Shown here one piece after another: positions 44,776-58,100 of a stretch of 64,000 bases of DNA; position 1 is the stretch's first letter, and each line of letters opens with the position of its first letter. This stretch comes from Antedon mediterranea (Eukaryota > Animalia > Echinodermata). A program made the position numbers and the translations under genes. The stretch is taken from the NCBI RefSeq assembly GCF_964355755.1, contig NC_092670.1, forward strand, positions 39,358,388 through 39,422,387, written 5' to 3'. The notes under the pieces are model-generated. The model ran no database searches and had not been told where the DNA came from. It worked only from the letters and a program-made list of their open reading frames with translations.

Positions 44776-45051
44776 TGCACACCATGGGTTATTTAAACTT
44801 TAACATAACTTCTCTGATAATCATACCTTTATAATAATACAATATTTGTGTAAGTGCCGTGTGCACATTCATTGTCGGGACTGCATCCATAATATTCATT
44901 CGTTCATGAAGTACTCAGTGTGTACAGTACTATATATTGTAACAACTTTGACAGAGGAGGGCGCTACTTTAGTCACTCAAATCCTGATCCTTATAACTCA
45001 ATTCAAATTTAAATGAGTTAAATTCATAGGGACACGACATTTGATGCACTC
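44776..45051. promoter_or_regulatory. Putative promoter of ZnT paralog 1 with three MRE cores (TGCRCNC)
   Basis: TGCACAC at 44776, GTGTGCA at 44859 and TGCACTC at 45045. A minus-strand TATAAA lies at ~44828-44833 and a strong donor GAG|gtaagt at 44724. Confidence 0.4.
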
Positions 45052-46006
45052 TCTAACGATGAAAATTGTAGGGCCCGTTATACGCGCACGTACCAATGTA
45101 AGCGTTTCAACGATCAAGACAAAGTACTCACTGTAAAGCTTGGTTCCAACAAGTACATAAACACAAAGTAGCTCAATATTGATTACCCTCGCTGCATTTT
45201 TTCTCAACATGATATAGATTTGTTGTCTAATTAGAATATTTGTCTAAAACGTTGCAATCCCCTGTTGGGTTACTGAACGGCTTGAAACACTTGTTGGATA
45301 GGCTATATATATATATTTTTTTTTTTTCTGTCAACGATTTTAACTTTTATATGAATTTTATATAATCATTGTCAATTTTTAAGCCTTTAATATATTTTAT
45401 GTCATTTTAATATTTAATATTTTATGTGTTGTACTGTATGTTTGTTTTATCGAGGGCCCTGAATGATCAGTTCTATTAGGAACTGGATAGGCTACCCTCA
45501 GTAAATATGGTAATAAATAAATAAATAAATAGGTCTACACATGCTCAGTTCGCGTATGCATGGGTTAGACAAAAGTAATATAAAGTAGGAAGTGCTGCCT
45601 GGGTAGAAACTGCTGAATAATAAGAGAACGTACAATTACAATGGAGTCACAGGCTGGTGGAGATGATAAGAGAATGTATAATATCATTGTAAACAATTAT
45701 AAACCAAAATCAGCTCTCTACTCTACGTCAAACATTTACTGAAAATATAGTAAACATTTATTCAATTTGTCAAACGTCAATAATCACACTTTTGCACCTT
45801 TTTACCACATTATATCAAGCGAGTTCTATTAAACTAAATCATTGTTGCGCCTATTAATTGTTCTGAAAAATGAAAATGCTGTGAGTATGAGACGTGACTT
45901 AGGAAAAAAAGGAAGTAGCTGCCTGAGTGGGTGGACTGGATAATAAAGGGGGAAGTAGGCATAGACTGCGAAGGAGGTGTCACAGGCTGGTGGAGATGAA
46001 CGATAG

Positions 46007-46350
46007 AAAAACAAGCACGAATGTGCGATACTCGGGGTACAGCAGCAAAAGAAGCTGTAATGACGTCATAAGACCGGATGTAACGTCACATACACATCGC
46101 CTCGCTACCAAATACGGTTATACGGTACCATCTTCGAGACGTGATATGGCTGCATCCGGTTTGAAATTTAAAAATCCTACTCTATAGCTTTGATAGCAGT
46201 ATATTCATGCCAAATCCCAGCTCTATACTACAACGAATAAGGGAGGAGTAGTACTTTATAAATCGCACTTTTTACTCAATAGTGTCCAGATGGAAGGAGA
46301 AGAGGAGGAGAAGATGAGAAAGTACTAGACTCGGGTAGCCCGAGTAAAAA
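46007..46350 (-). mobile_element. Second Helentron-associated element
   Basis: Terminal palindrome ACTCGGG-TAG-CCCGAGT + A-run; TACTCGGG and hairpin GCAC-GAAT-GTGC at the other end. It interrupts one copy of a local duplication (45646-45840 vs 45978-46470). Confidence 0.6.
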
Positions 46351-46810
46351 CCATATACGATGTGCACTCTATAAACCAAAATCGGCTCTCTTACGTCCCA
46401 TTTATTTAATTATGTCGAATGTCAATATACTCACTATTTCGGTCATTACCAAGCGAGCTCTTTTATCAAACTGAATTTAATAATTGTTATTAAATTTAAT
46501 AATTGTTATTAATAAATTACTACTTTCAATTTATTTCATGTATGGCCTATACGACCTTATACATTAAATCAGGTCAATTACCATTTTAGTATGCTAATTA
46601 TTCAATCGGTCAATGCTGACAACCGTCCAGTAAAAAAAATCCATTCTGAAGGTTGGACAATAAACCATTTAAATAAACAATAGAAACAAAAGAAAAGTTA
46701 TGGTAAAGAAGGCGTTTGACTGCAGTACTAATTAGTTATGCAAATATCATGAATTTGAAAAACACGACACCTGTACAGAATGGTTACTCATAGGTGGTAA
46801 GATCATTTAA

Positions 46811-46842
<32 letters not shown>

Positions 46843-46908
46843 CACTAATAACACTAATAATAATAATAATAATAATAATAACACAATAATAATAATAATA
46901 ATAATAAA
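46811..46908. repeat. (AAT)n microsatellite
   Basis: Direct reading of the sequence. Confidence 0.95.
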
Positions 46909-48304
46909 TGAAATTTCTCCCAATCTTTGGATCCGCCTATGATTATACTTAAAGCTCTGTCCACATTATCAAACTAGTTTGACAAAAAGTGTGATGTGAC
47001 CAAATGTGTTAGTGATATGACATCATTTGTCACATAAACGCAATAGTGTAGAAAAAGAATTTAGAAAGAAATAGACAAAGTTTTTTTATTTCATTTGGCT
47101 GGGGGATGTTTCATGAAAGTTTTTTGTTTTTTTGGGTGTTTCGATACGCTTAGGTTTTGCTTGGGCTGAAAATAACTGGTTCGAGTCATCCATGGTCTTC
47201 TTTTATTTATTTTTTTTTTTATTTTTGCAATACAATTCTTTCAGATATGTTGAGCAATCGAAATGATTTTTTTAAATTTCATTTACAAGTCTGTCTAAAA
47301 TTCAAACAAAAACAATAAATCATAATAATTATGTTTATTAAACACAGCTAACTATAGAAATACGTCATATAAATAATCATTAATAACCATAAAATATTAA
47401 TTAGTAAAACCTTGGTCCCATTTCTGCGCGCGCGCGTCAGTACAGGATGTACGCGCTTGACAGTGACCTAAATAAACTTTTTAGACTTGAATCGAATTTA
47501 AGCAACCTTACATGTTCCAGTGTTTCAAGGCCGTCTACGTTATAATAATGAACGTATAACTCCAAAACAAGTTGGTCGGTTCGTAACAGACTAGACAGAT
47601 TTGTCAGCTTACATTATTAACCATTCACACTGAATGGATTCACGGTAGGTCCATTACAGAATTAACGCTATCCTATCGACACACTATGTGTTAATATAAT
47701 CGATTTGCCTATTATGTCATTACAAACAACACATATTTCTACCAAGCCTACAAACAAAATTAATAATAAATTTAAATTTCGATTTGCATACAATACGTAA
47801 GCGTAGTTATGAATTTCTAACAAATTTACTTTCTCAATTGTATCTATTGAGGTCATTCATCATTCAATCAGCATATATTTTATTATTTATACACAACACT
47901 GGGTTTATTATACATATAAAAGGACAATGGAGAGATGAACACCCCATTTCCTCCACATTATCTACACTACTAATTCAGGCTTCATAGAATTTGGGCCACA
48001 TTTTCGTTACGTTCCCAGATTATACTCCCTCCAGATCCCCTCCTCGTTGATTTACGGGGGAGTGGACATGCCAGAAGCTTAGGCCTCTCTGATTCGGTTT
48101 CCTTTTGCTGTAAAAATAGTAATCATATGGAGGTATAGATGTGGCATTTTTGCGTGATCACCCTCTTTTCAATTTTCTTTCAAAATGATATTGAAAATAA
48201 GAGGGCGCTCTGGTTATATTATTAGGGCGCTCTCATCCTCAAGTTTTAAATACATATAAGAGGACGAGCAAAAACATGATTGATTTGTTTTCTTGTTTGT
48301 AGTA

Positions 48305-51300
48305 TCATTTATCAGCGGGCAATGTGCATAGTTCACAGTTTATCATACTTCTACGGTGTTTCTCTATTTGTATTGTTGAATCCGATATGTTGAATTTTAC
48401 CCGAAGTATTCGACGAATATCACTCAAAAGCGTTTCCTGGTTTATATCTTCATTTGAATCTGAAAAAAAAAGTTATTTTAGGAAGACTGTTGTTTATTCT
48501 GTTTATTGAATCTAGGATTTATATTAAGCTCTATCTACACTATCAAACTTCATGTGACAAATGTCATGTGCCCATACATGGACATTATGATGTCGTATCA
48601 CTACCATATTTGGCCATATCACTACCATGGGCACATCACACTTTTTTTGTTGATAGTGTAGGGAGTGATTCTTACAAACTGTACATAAGTGCCCCTTAAG
48701 TTACCAACTGTACAAAAATGCCCCTTTTTAAGTTAACAACTGTACAAAAATGCCCCTTAAGTTACCAACTGTACATAAGTGCCCTCTTACCAACTGTTAA
48801 ATGTACTGAACAGACAACATGGTCTGTTGTGATCATCCATATTCGTAGATCATGCAATGACGTCACACCCTTCAACTCCAGGATCGAGTTAGACACTTCA
48901 CCAAAGTTGATGGCGTCTGGTTTAGCTGCATTTAAAAATAAATATATATACAGATAAAGCCACTTGTGAAATGTGTTATCTCGTAAATCAGTGACGTTAC
49001 GCACAAGGCAAAGAGCCCTGGTTAGCACTCTAACGCTGAGTAGTTGCATTGGCCTGCTCACGCTCTGGGTTTTAGTCAGTGAGCGCTAATAGCTGTTACG
49101 CGCCACTGCACACAAAATCCCACGCTTCCTACTCTTGCTGCTGTTGTTTGCTTACCTTCCATAAGTACGTTTATTATTTCTTTGCTTATTTGTATCGTTG
49201 TTGCTAGAACTAGTCCGGAAAATATAAACGTGCATATTGGATCTGCTATTTTATATTTAGGCTGAAAGAAAGTAGGATAAAGTAATATAAGAAAGCGTAC
49301 CTTCAAAATATGCGCAGAATAAAATGTTTTACTCGACAACTGCGCTGCTTGTTGGTGTTATTCGCGTCGTAAAAACGAGATGTCGCTAATGCTTTGAAAC
49401 ACAGCACGCGTTTTCAAAGTGGACGTACGCGCGCGTCAAAACTCTATACCAATATTAACACAATTTGAACGCGCGCTTTAAATTATGTCTTTTCGTGTGG
49501 AGTCTAGTCAAATACGTACCTGAATGTATATTATTAGAGCAGCGATGAAAACAGCTATGCTTTGGATAAAGTCACCAACAACGTGCAATATGGCTGCACG
49601 TATGTTAACGTTGTTGTTAGAAGTTTCGTTACCACGATTCGCTGTATCGTCACTCTCCGAGTTCAAGTTATGCAAATGAATATGTCCATGACTGCCGCCA
49701 TGCGCATGCCTGCCCTTACACTGATTATGCAAAACTACTAGCATACTGAAATTATACAAATTTGATCAATTGTATAGCTATCATACTTAAGCTGTATTTA
49801 TAGTTCTAAACTATTCTATATAATAGAATAGAACAATAAAATAAATTCATTCCAAACTTTAAAGAATGGACGAAAAACAACTTACATAACATTCACAAAG
49901 ATTGCAAACGCGGCTGTGATCATCATTATTGTAGCGTTTATTTCGTAGTTGTTTTTCATAATTTTGATGACGGCAAGAGTGACCAGTATCGCTGTAATCG
50001 ACCACATCATCAGTACGGAGAGAAACGCACCAAGTACCTCTAAAAAATAAACATTCAACAACATCTAGCAACAACATCTAGCAATAACAGTCACACTTTT
50101 AAAGATACAATTCCCTACAGATTTCAATCAGGCAGTGTGATACTCTAAACTCTTTCAAGACACAGTTGAAGAAGTCTTTCATTTTCAAACAAGCTTTCAT
50201 TAATTTAAATTATTGCCACTTGCGCTATATAAGAATGAACTATTATTATTATAGATATGTGACTCAATTATTATTATTATGGCGTCACTTATTACCACCG
50301 TATATCTATTAAAAACAATGTCTGACTTATTTTTACTTTTTTGTATGTGTGTGTTTTATTATAACTAACAATAATAATGTATGATTACATTTCTATTTGT
50401 TTATTAATTTGTACTATTGTAAAAAATGATTGATAAAAACATAAAACGAATATCTGACAATGGAGCATCCCTTTAAGATTGTTGAGCATGAAACTCAGTG
50501 CTAATTTGTATGGAATCAATTATTTTATGTCTACCTCCCTCTATATATGAAGTTTAGTTTTGTTTGAGCTGCTGGGTTTTATGTCTATCCCCCCTCTGTC
50601 GTCACATGGCTTCTAAACTTCAGTAATCATTCGATTCCTCGGATGGTATTAAAGTTAGTAGGCCGACTTTTGCATTCTTGTTTTGTTGCTTGTAGGGAGG
50701 CATATTATATGTTTCTAGGCCTAGGCCTACATTATTGTATATTGCATATTTTACCTGCCCTGTGCCATCCCCACGTCAATCGTCGTGTGGGACCCTTTTC
50801 TGCAACCACCAGCGCAAAATAACTGATTACAAAACTAGCAAAGTCCGAGAAAAGATGAGCAGCGTCTGTCAAAATTGATAAGCTACCCGCTAACAAACCA
50901 CCTATTATAACAAGAATAAGAAGGGCTATATTATTATTAGGTTAATGAGACAGGTGTAAAACTAAAGCGCGTATGATCACCATTTGAGCGCGCGCGTCAA
51001 ATACCGTCGTGTGTGATGACTACGCGCAGAGACGGGAAGGTTTTTTGAAGGTCGTGATTAGTCAAATAACTTGCGTTCTAAGTACGTCCTAGCGTTGCGT
51101 CTAGGCCTAGACCATATACGTACCTATGATTTCGATGACAATGAATGATAAACATACAACAGATGCATAGATAAGTTTACGTCTGACAGTTCGCCTTTGT
51201 ACTGCATGGTCACGCCCTGCTGTCATGTTAGAATGGCAATGTGCCGATAGTTCCCGTTTCAATCCATTATTACCATTTTCTCCTGCTTCATATCTGACAT

Positions 51301-51382
51301 GTCCGTTCTCTGTTGCCCCATATGTTGTGTAACCATTCTGGTCTTCTTGTTTGATAATCATGATTGGCGTTCTTGTTGGCAT
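48305..51382 (-). CDS. SLC30A2: ZnT2/SLC30A2-like zinc transporter, paralog 2 (~393 aa)
   Basis: Exons 51124-51382, 50755-50901, 49886-50039, 49520-49745, 49156-49261, 48791-48925, 48305-48459, with the same intron positions as paralog 1. Motifs [13 protein letters not shown] and [13 protein letters not shown]. Confidence 0.92.
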
Positions 51383-52124
51383 TATGAATTCTGAAGTAGG
51401 TAGGTATTTTAATCAATAGGCCTATTAATACTTTGACATGCCTAACTAAAAAAGTAGCATTAAGCCTATTTATTTATTTATTTCTTCAACAATATTTTTC
51501 GAGGATGGTCCATCTGAAGCCGAAGCTGATCATTAGAGACCCTCACAAAAATACATCATGACGAGACATAAACATTGTAACAATAAAAATCAAATTAAAA
51601 TAAATTTAATTTATAAATAAAGCACAAAATATTTAGGCCTAGGCTAGGCCTAGGCCTAGAATCAAAATACTATTAAAACAGAAAGACAGAAGGATTCTCA
51701 CAAAAACGATCAGTAAAACAAAATCACAAATAAAAAAACACTGCTGCTGAGAAACAATAATGAGAAAAATAAAATAATGCATTGAATTGTGTGTTTGTCA
51801 AAGAACTTATTATAAGTTCTTTGGTGTTTGGTAGAATTCGTAGAAAGTAAAACGCGCGCGTAAACGTACACCCACCACCACCACACACCACCAACCACCA
51901 CACCACATTCCCCGTCGCCTTTATTTTCATTCATATAAACAAAAAGGCAATAAAGTTGTTAATATAAAACATAGATATGTATACATTGATTTGTGATTTG
52001 TAAACATATACTAGTGACCAATTTAATATTAAATTCATTCTTGGTTGTGTGACGATTTATCAAAAAGTTATGTAACAAGTTGTACAGCGCCCTCATAATT
52101 TAATGTTAAAAGAAAAAAATTGTA

Positions 52125-55100
52125 ATGGCTTCAATTGGAGTTCTTGCTAAAAATGCCCTGCAAAAGTCGGCAGTTTCAAAGTTGGTCAGTTATAAGCAAA
52201 ATACTTTTAAATAGTTGAATATTACAAAGTTATTAGTTTCATCATTTATGTTATTTTATGTTATAGTAAATTAATAATGTAACTGTAGCCTAGGCCAAGT
52301 AAAAAGTAGGACTGGCTGGAGGAGGTAGTACGGCGAGCGCCAAGCGACTGCATGATGAACGGCCAACCCAATCTGGATCGTTTAGTGCAGGCCTAGGCTA
52401 AGTGATTGATATTTATTTTTCTAGGCCTTAATGAGTGTGTTAAGAAGTATCTTTATACCAGGCAGGCATTGCCATTGTTGCCAATTACCATTGATATTGT
52501 GTTTTTATTTATATAATGCTTATTCATGTTGACAATTGTATTGATTGACATCATTATTATTTGAATGTTACTGTATTATTAATTATCTAAAAACAGGGAC
52601 AAGCCAGTGGTGCAGCGGCAGGGACTCGTTTCTTTCATTTCAACGTGAATGGCAGTCTTTCATCATCCACAGGGACTACAGCTGATAAAGTAAGACATGA
52701 CGGTGAACTCAAAATATTTAATTTCATCTTTTGCATTACAAATTTAGTGGTGGCTGCCCCCCCCCCCCCCCTTGGGTCCGCCTCTGGACTATTCTTGCCT
52801 TCTCAATGCCCTTCTGACAGTAAAGTTTCACAGGCTCTTCTTCAATTATTATATTTATTCTACATTGTATTTTAATGTTTTTAAATGGCCTCACTCGCCC
52901 AGTCTTGCAAATCCAACATGTTTACAGTTTATCTCTAACAAAAATTACTCTTTAAAAACTGGAAATTTCCACAAAATAAGAATCCCAAATTCATAAATAA
53001 TTCTATCTATTTTTAATATTGTTGCTAATGTATTTTTAGGAAATGCACATCACAATACATTTTGCTTTTAAGTCCGTACCAAGGGAAGTGATTATAAATA
53101 TGACTAAATCATGTTGATTAGACGATCCACTAGGATGGAATGCAAGGACGAGTTGACCAATGACAATCGACAGTTTGAATAATTCATAGCTTGTGATTTA
53201 GTCACATCTCTTGCATTGCATTATGTCGTTGTGTTGCGTCTCTAGTGGGAACCAAGCATTACCTCTCTGTGTTGAAAAATGAACCCCACTATATAACCTT
53301 GGTTATGGGCTTTTTTAGCCGTCTAGCGGAGTCTAGTAGTTGTAGAGTTTAATAGTTCTTGAATAGTTTATTGTATAAAACTATAAATATATATAGTATA
53401 GTATAATTTGTTTTTTATAATTTAAAGATATCAAGGGATTACCCTGTGGTTGATCATACATATGATGCAGTAGTAGTAGGTGCTGGAGGAGCAGGATTAC
53501 GTGCTGCATTTGGCCTAGCACATGAGGGTTTCAAGACGGCTTGTATTAGTAAATTATTCCCAACAAGGTCACACACAGTAGCAGCACAAGTAAGTCTGTT
53601 GATGTGTGTTACTTAAGCTCTGTCTACACTATCAACCTAGTTTGACAAAAAAAGTGTTATGTGCCCAAATATGGTAGTGATATGCCAAAATATGGTAGTG
53701 ATATGCCAAAATATGGTAGTGATATGACATCACCATGTCCATATATGAGCACATCACATTTTTTTGTCACATAAAATTTGATAGTTTAGACAAAGCTTTA
53801 GTGAATAATAAATTGTTATTGAATTCATTTCACTTTATTTTGGACATCAAATTCATAGAAGCATACATACAGTATTATTAATAAGTTAATCCACAAACTA
53901 AATAGGAGTTGATTTTACTAAATAAAACAACAGCTTGTTCCATTTTAATTTGTTTTTTGTTTGTTTTCGTGGAGATTGGTTGATTGAGATAAGTGTATTA
54001 AGTCTACTGTATAAGTCTAAGCTTATAATAACAAAATACTGTCATTCATTTTATGCTACCAACGCTCATTGTATTAGTTAGTCAATTTTGACACCATAAA
54101 AAAATGTACATTTTGTACCACAGTAGGTAGGAACACCTTATAGATACGTCACTATGCAACATTTTAAGCTATGATATTAAATATTCAATAATTCAATTCT
54201 TTATTTATACATCAAAACAAATTTTCAAATTAATATATAATTATCAAATTAATAAGAAGTGAATGTGTTCTTTTGATTCCAGGGTGGAATAAATGCCGCT
54301 TTAGGAAATATGGAACCAGACGACTGGAGGTGGCATATGTAAGTAGACAGACAAGTACCTGGATTAGGATACCTACCTGGATAAAACAGAAAATGCCATT
54401 GCTTTCAAACTACTCAACCTCTCAACAATAAATACTACCAGCCTTCAAAATTCATACACCATCATTTTATTTGTTGTACAATTTACTGTATGTTTTTTAC
54501 TGAATTTTTTTAAAGCTCTGTCTACATTATCAAACTAGTTCGACAAAAAAAAGTGTGATGTGTCCAAACATGGTAGTGATATGACATCATCATTTCCATA
54601 TATGGGAATATCACATTTTTTGTCACATAAAGTTTTATAGTGTAGATAGAGCTTTAAACACATAAGAGAGCATCTCAAATTTGAGTACTAACTAATTGTA
54701 TTTTCTAAAACATGGTCTACACTATCAAACTGTTTTGATGTGATCATCCCAAATATGGTAGTGACATGTCATCATCATGTCCATGTGCACATCACATTTT
54801 TTGTTTGATAGTGTAGTGATAGTTGATTGTTGTTTGTTAGGTATGACACCGTGAAGGGTTCTGATTGGTTGGGTGATCAAGATGCTATACATTACATGAC
54901 AGAAGAAGCTCCAAAAGCTGTTATTGAGGTACTGTACAAATATTGTGATTTGGGCCACGTTCAAAGATAAATATTTTAAAGCATGTCTACACTATCAAAG
55001 TAGTTTGACAAAAAAAAGTGTCAAAATATTGTAGTGATATGACATCATCATGTCCATATATGGGCATATCACATTTTTTGTCACATCAAGTTTGACAGTG

Positions 55101-58100
55101 TAGACAGATCTTACTGTTTGTTATAATTATTTCCTTTGAAACTTTGATGTGTTTTGTACATTATAGGATTTTTTTAATTTAGTGATAATGATATATGACT
55201 GTACCTCTGCTCTTTGATGGTAAAATGAAAAGCAACCTCAATTTTTTTTCAACAGCTGGAAAACTATGGGATGCCATTCAGCCGGACTGAAGAAGGTTTG
55301 ATATACCAAAGAGCATTTGGAGGTGGTAGCTATGACTACGGTAAGGGTGGACAGGCTCACAGATGCTGTTGTGTTGCAGACAGGACTGGACATTCACTGC
55401 TACACACACTATATGGTCAGGTATGTTAAGCTCTGTCTACACTATTAAACAGTATGTGACAAAAAAAATATGATGTGCCCATATATTGGGCATATCACTA
55501 CCATGTGTAGGCATATCACTACTATATTTGGGCACATCACTAACAAAACGAACAACGACTAATATATGTTTTTACACAATGACCAAGCCCTATTCAGGGG
55601 ACACCCCTATTGTACTATTGTAGGGACACTATGTTGGGTCCACAGTGACGAAAATGGGATTACTCTATCTACGAAAACAATTAAAATAAATTTTTGTTTT
55701 TTCAAACATTTAATTTCTTAAAATCCATAATAATCAAACATATACTATTTAAATAATATAGTGACTATTTTATTTAAAAACGTTACATTTTTTAAAAAAA
55801 GAAAATTTGTATTATATTTACAGTTATATTTTCATCTAATATTTGATTAAGAAGTTGATATATAAATATGACTTACCTTTTCCTAAACAAACAGCTACAG
55901 TAGTTGTGTGTGTATACAACTGCTGGTTTAGTAATTATGTACACATAGAATTGACACTTTACTCATCATTATAATAAGAGTTCTTCTTCCAACAGCTTAT
56001 GTAAACTAATTAAAGTTACACACGACATGTATTGTTATTTACGCGTTTTGTATGTTTGTGGTCATAGTAACTAAAAAGGTAACAATAGCGAGGTATCTCA
56101 AAGACTATAATGAATGTATAGTATTAATAATAATCAGCTCTATTGCTTGAATTAATATCAATTGTAACAGGAAATAATAATAATAAAGAATTACATAAAA
56201 ACACCTTATTAATATTCTATTTTTTAGTTTGTCATAAATAATAATAAAATAATAAGAATAAAGTTGTGAGTTAATTTAACCACTGTCGGTACAATTGTCT
56301 TGTAGACGATAATGAGAAATTTTCTTTTTTTAAATTGTAATTTGATTGGCGTATATTTATTTCTACTTTTATAATAATGGGATAAAATTACAATGCGATG
56401 ATGAGGATGATATTAATGAGAATTTTAATTTGTTTTCAGTCGTTGAGATACGATACCAACTACTTTATAGAGTACTTTGCCTTGGACCTTCTGTTTGAGA
56501 AAGGAGAATGTGTTGGGGTCATTGCACTGTGTTTGGAGGACGGATCCATTCATCGTTTCCGCTCAAAGAGCACAATTATAGCGACAGGGTGAGATTTATT
56601 TATTTTGAATAATTAGGCAAAATAAAAAAAAACATTTGCCTTTTTCACAAAAGGAAAAATAAGGTACACACCTAATTGGTGACAGTGGCTTAGGCTGCTT
56701 TTGTGCTTTACTGGCAGCTAGTGACTATGATTTTATATTTTCTCTTTGCGTCGTGTTTGTTTTTTTATTTGTATTATATTTTGTAAAATGTATCTTTTGC
56801 CTGAATAAATAATAATACTAATTGGATTTTTCTTTATTGTTTTAGTGGATACGGTAGGTCATATTTCAGTTGTACCTCAGCCCATACCTGCACGGGTGAT
56901 GGTACAGCAATGGTCAGTCGGGCTGGTCTGCCTAACCAGGACATGGAGTTTGTCCAGTTTCATCCCACAGGTAAGGATATTATTAAAATGTTTACAATTA
57001 TGACATTTCAGAATTGCGAATGTTAAAAGGAGATTGATATCAAATCTAAATCCTAACTGTTGAAAGGAACTTTAGATGCAATGCTGTCTGAATGCATTAT
57101 TGGAAAGCATTTTTTTTTTATTAAAGTGTGCATCAAAACGTCTTAATTAAAGATGTATTGTCTAAAAACATGAAAAATGAAAATTAATAAAATCAGACTT
57201 TAAATAGGTTATTTTGTAGTTTAAATAAACTTCAGTAAAAAAAAACAACAAAAAATGTTTTCTCATATAAAATGACAAAATAAATGGTAAAATTCAACCA
57301 AAACCCAATTGGCTGACAGCCAATTTGACTATTTTTTCTTTAAATTACAGTTTTTTTCAGGTAAATAAATTTGTTTTCGATTCAATTTGTGTTCAAAGTG
57401 GATAATTATTATGTGACATTAAAATGGCATGTTCGACAAAAAGTGTGAAAAAAACATAAAAGGAGATTGATATAAAATATAAATCATAAGTGTGAAAACA
57501 ACTCTAGATAGTGATAAAATGCTGTCTATGGTTTGAATCCTGTGTGAACGCATCATTGGAATACGATGGAAAAAAAGTGTGCATCAAAGTGTCTTAATGT
57601 AATGTTAGTGTTAATGCAGCCTTCACAATGTTAATTATAATGAATGGTGTAAGGACGCGTATTATGAAGCTTATTAGCCACAAAAAGACAATATGTATTC
57701 AATTGATGATACCAAGTTATTGTATTAGATAGCCTCAGGCGTTCATCATTATACACACTTATTCTTCTGTTCTTGTTAATAATACCCAAGGATAATTATT
57801 AGAAGAGAAAAAAATTATGTTTAACCCAACTTGTACTCTTTTAAAACATAATTAGATATTCATTTTTTTGCCCATAAAAAGAACTACACATGTTTTTTGT
57901 TTTTATTAAAGCATAAAGTATATTCTTTTCATAAAAAAGTATATAATTACCAGTGGTGAGTGAGTGAAAGAATATTAGAGGGAGCTATTTACCATCTGTG
58001 TACTTCCATTCTAATCATTTGATATTTAAATAAGCGTCAATTACCTGTAGTGAGTTTAGATTATACTGTATAGAGGGAGCTATTTAGCATCTGTGTACTT

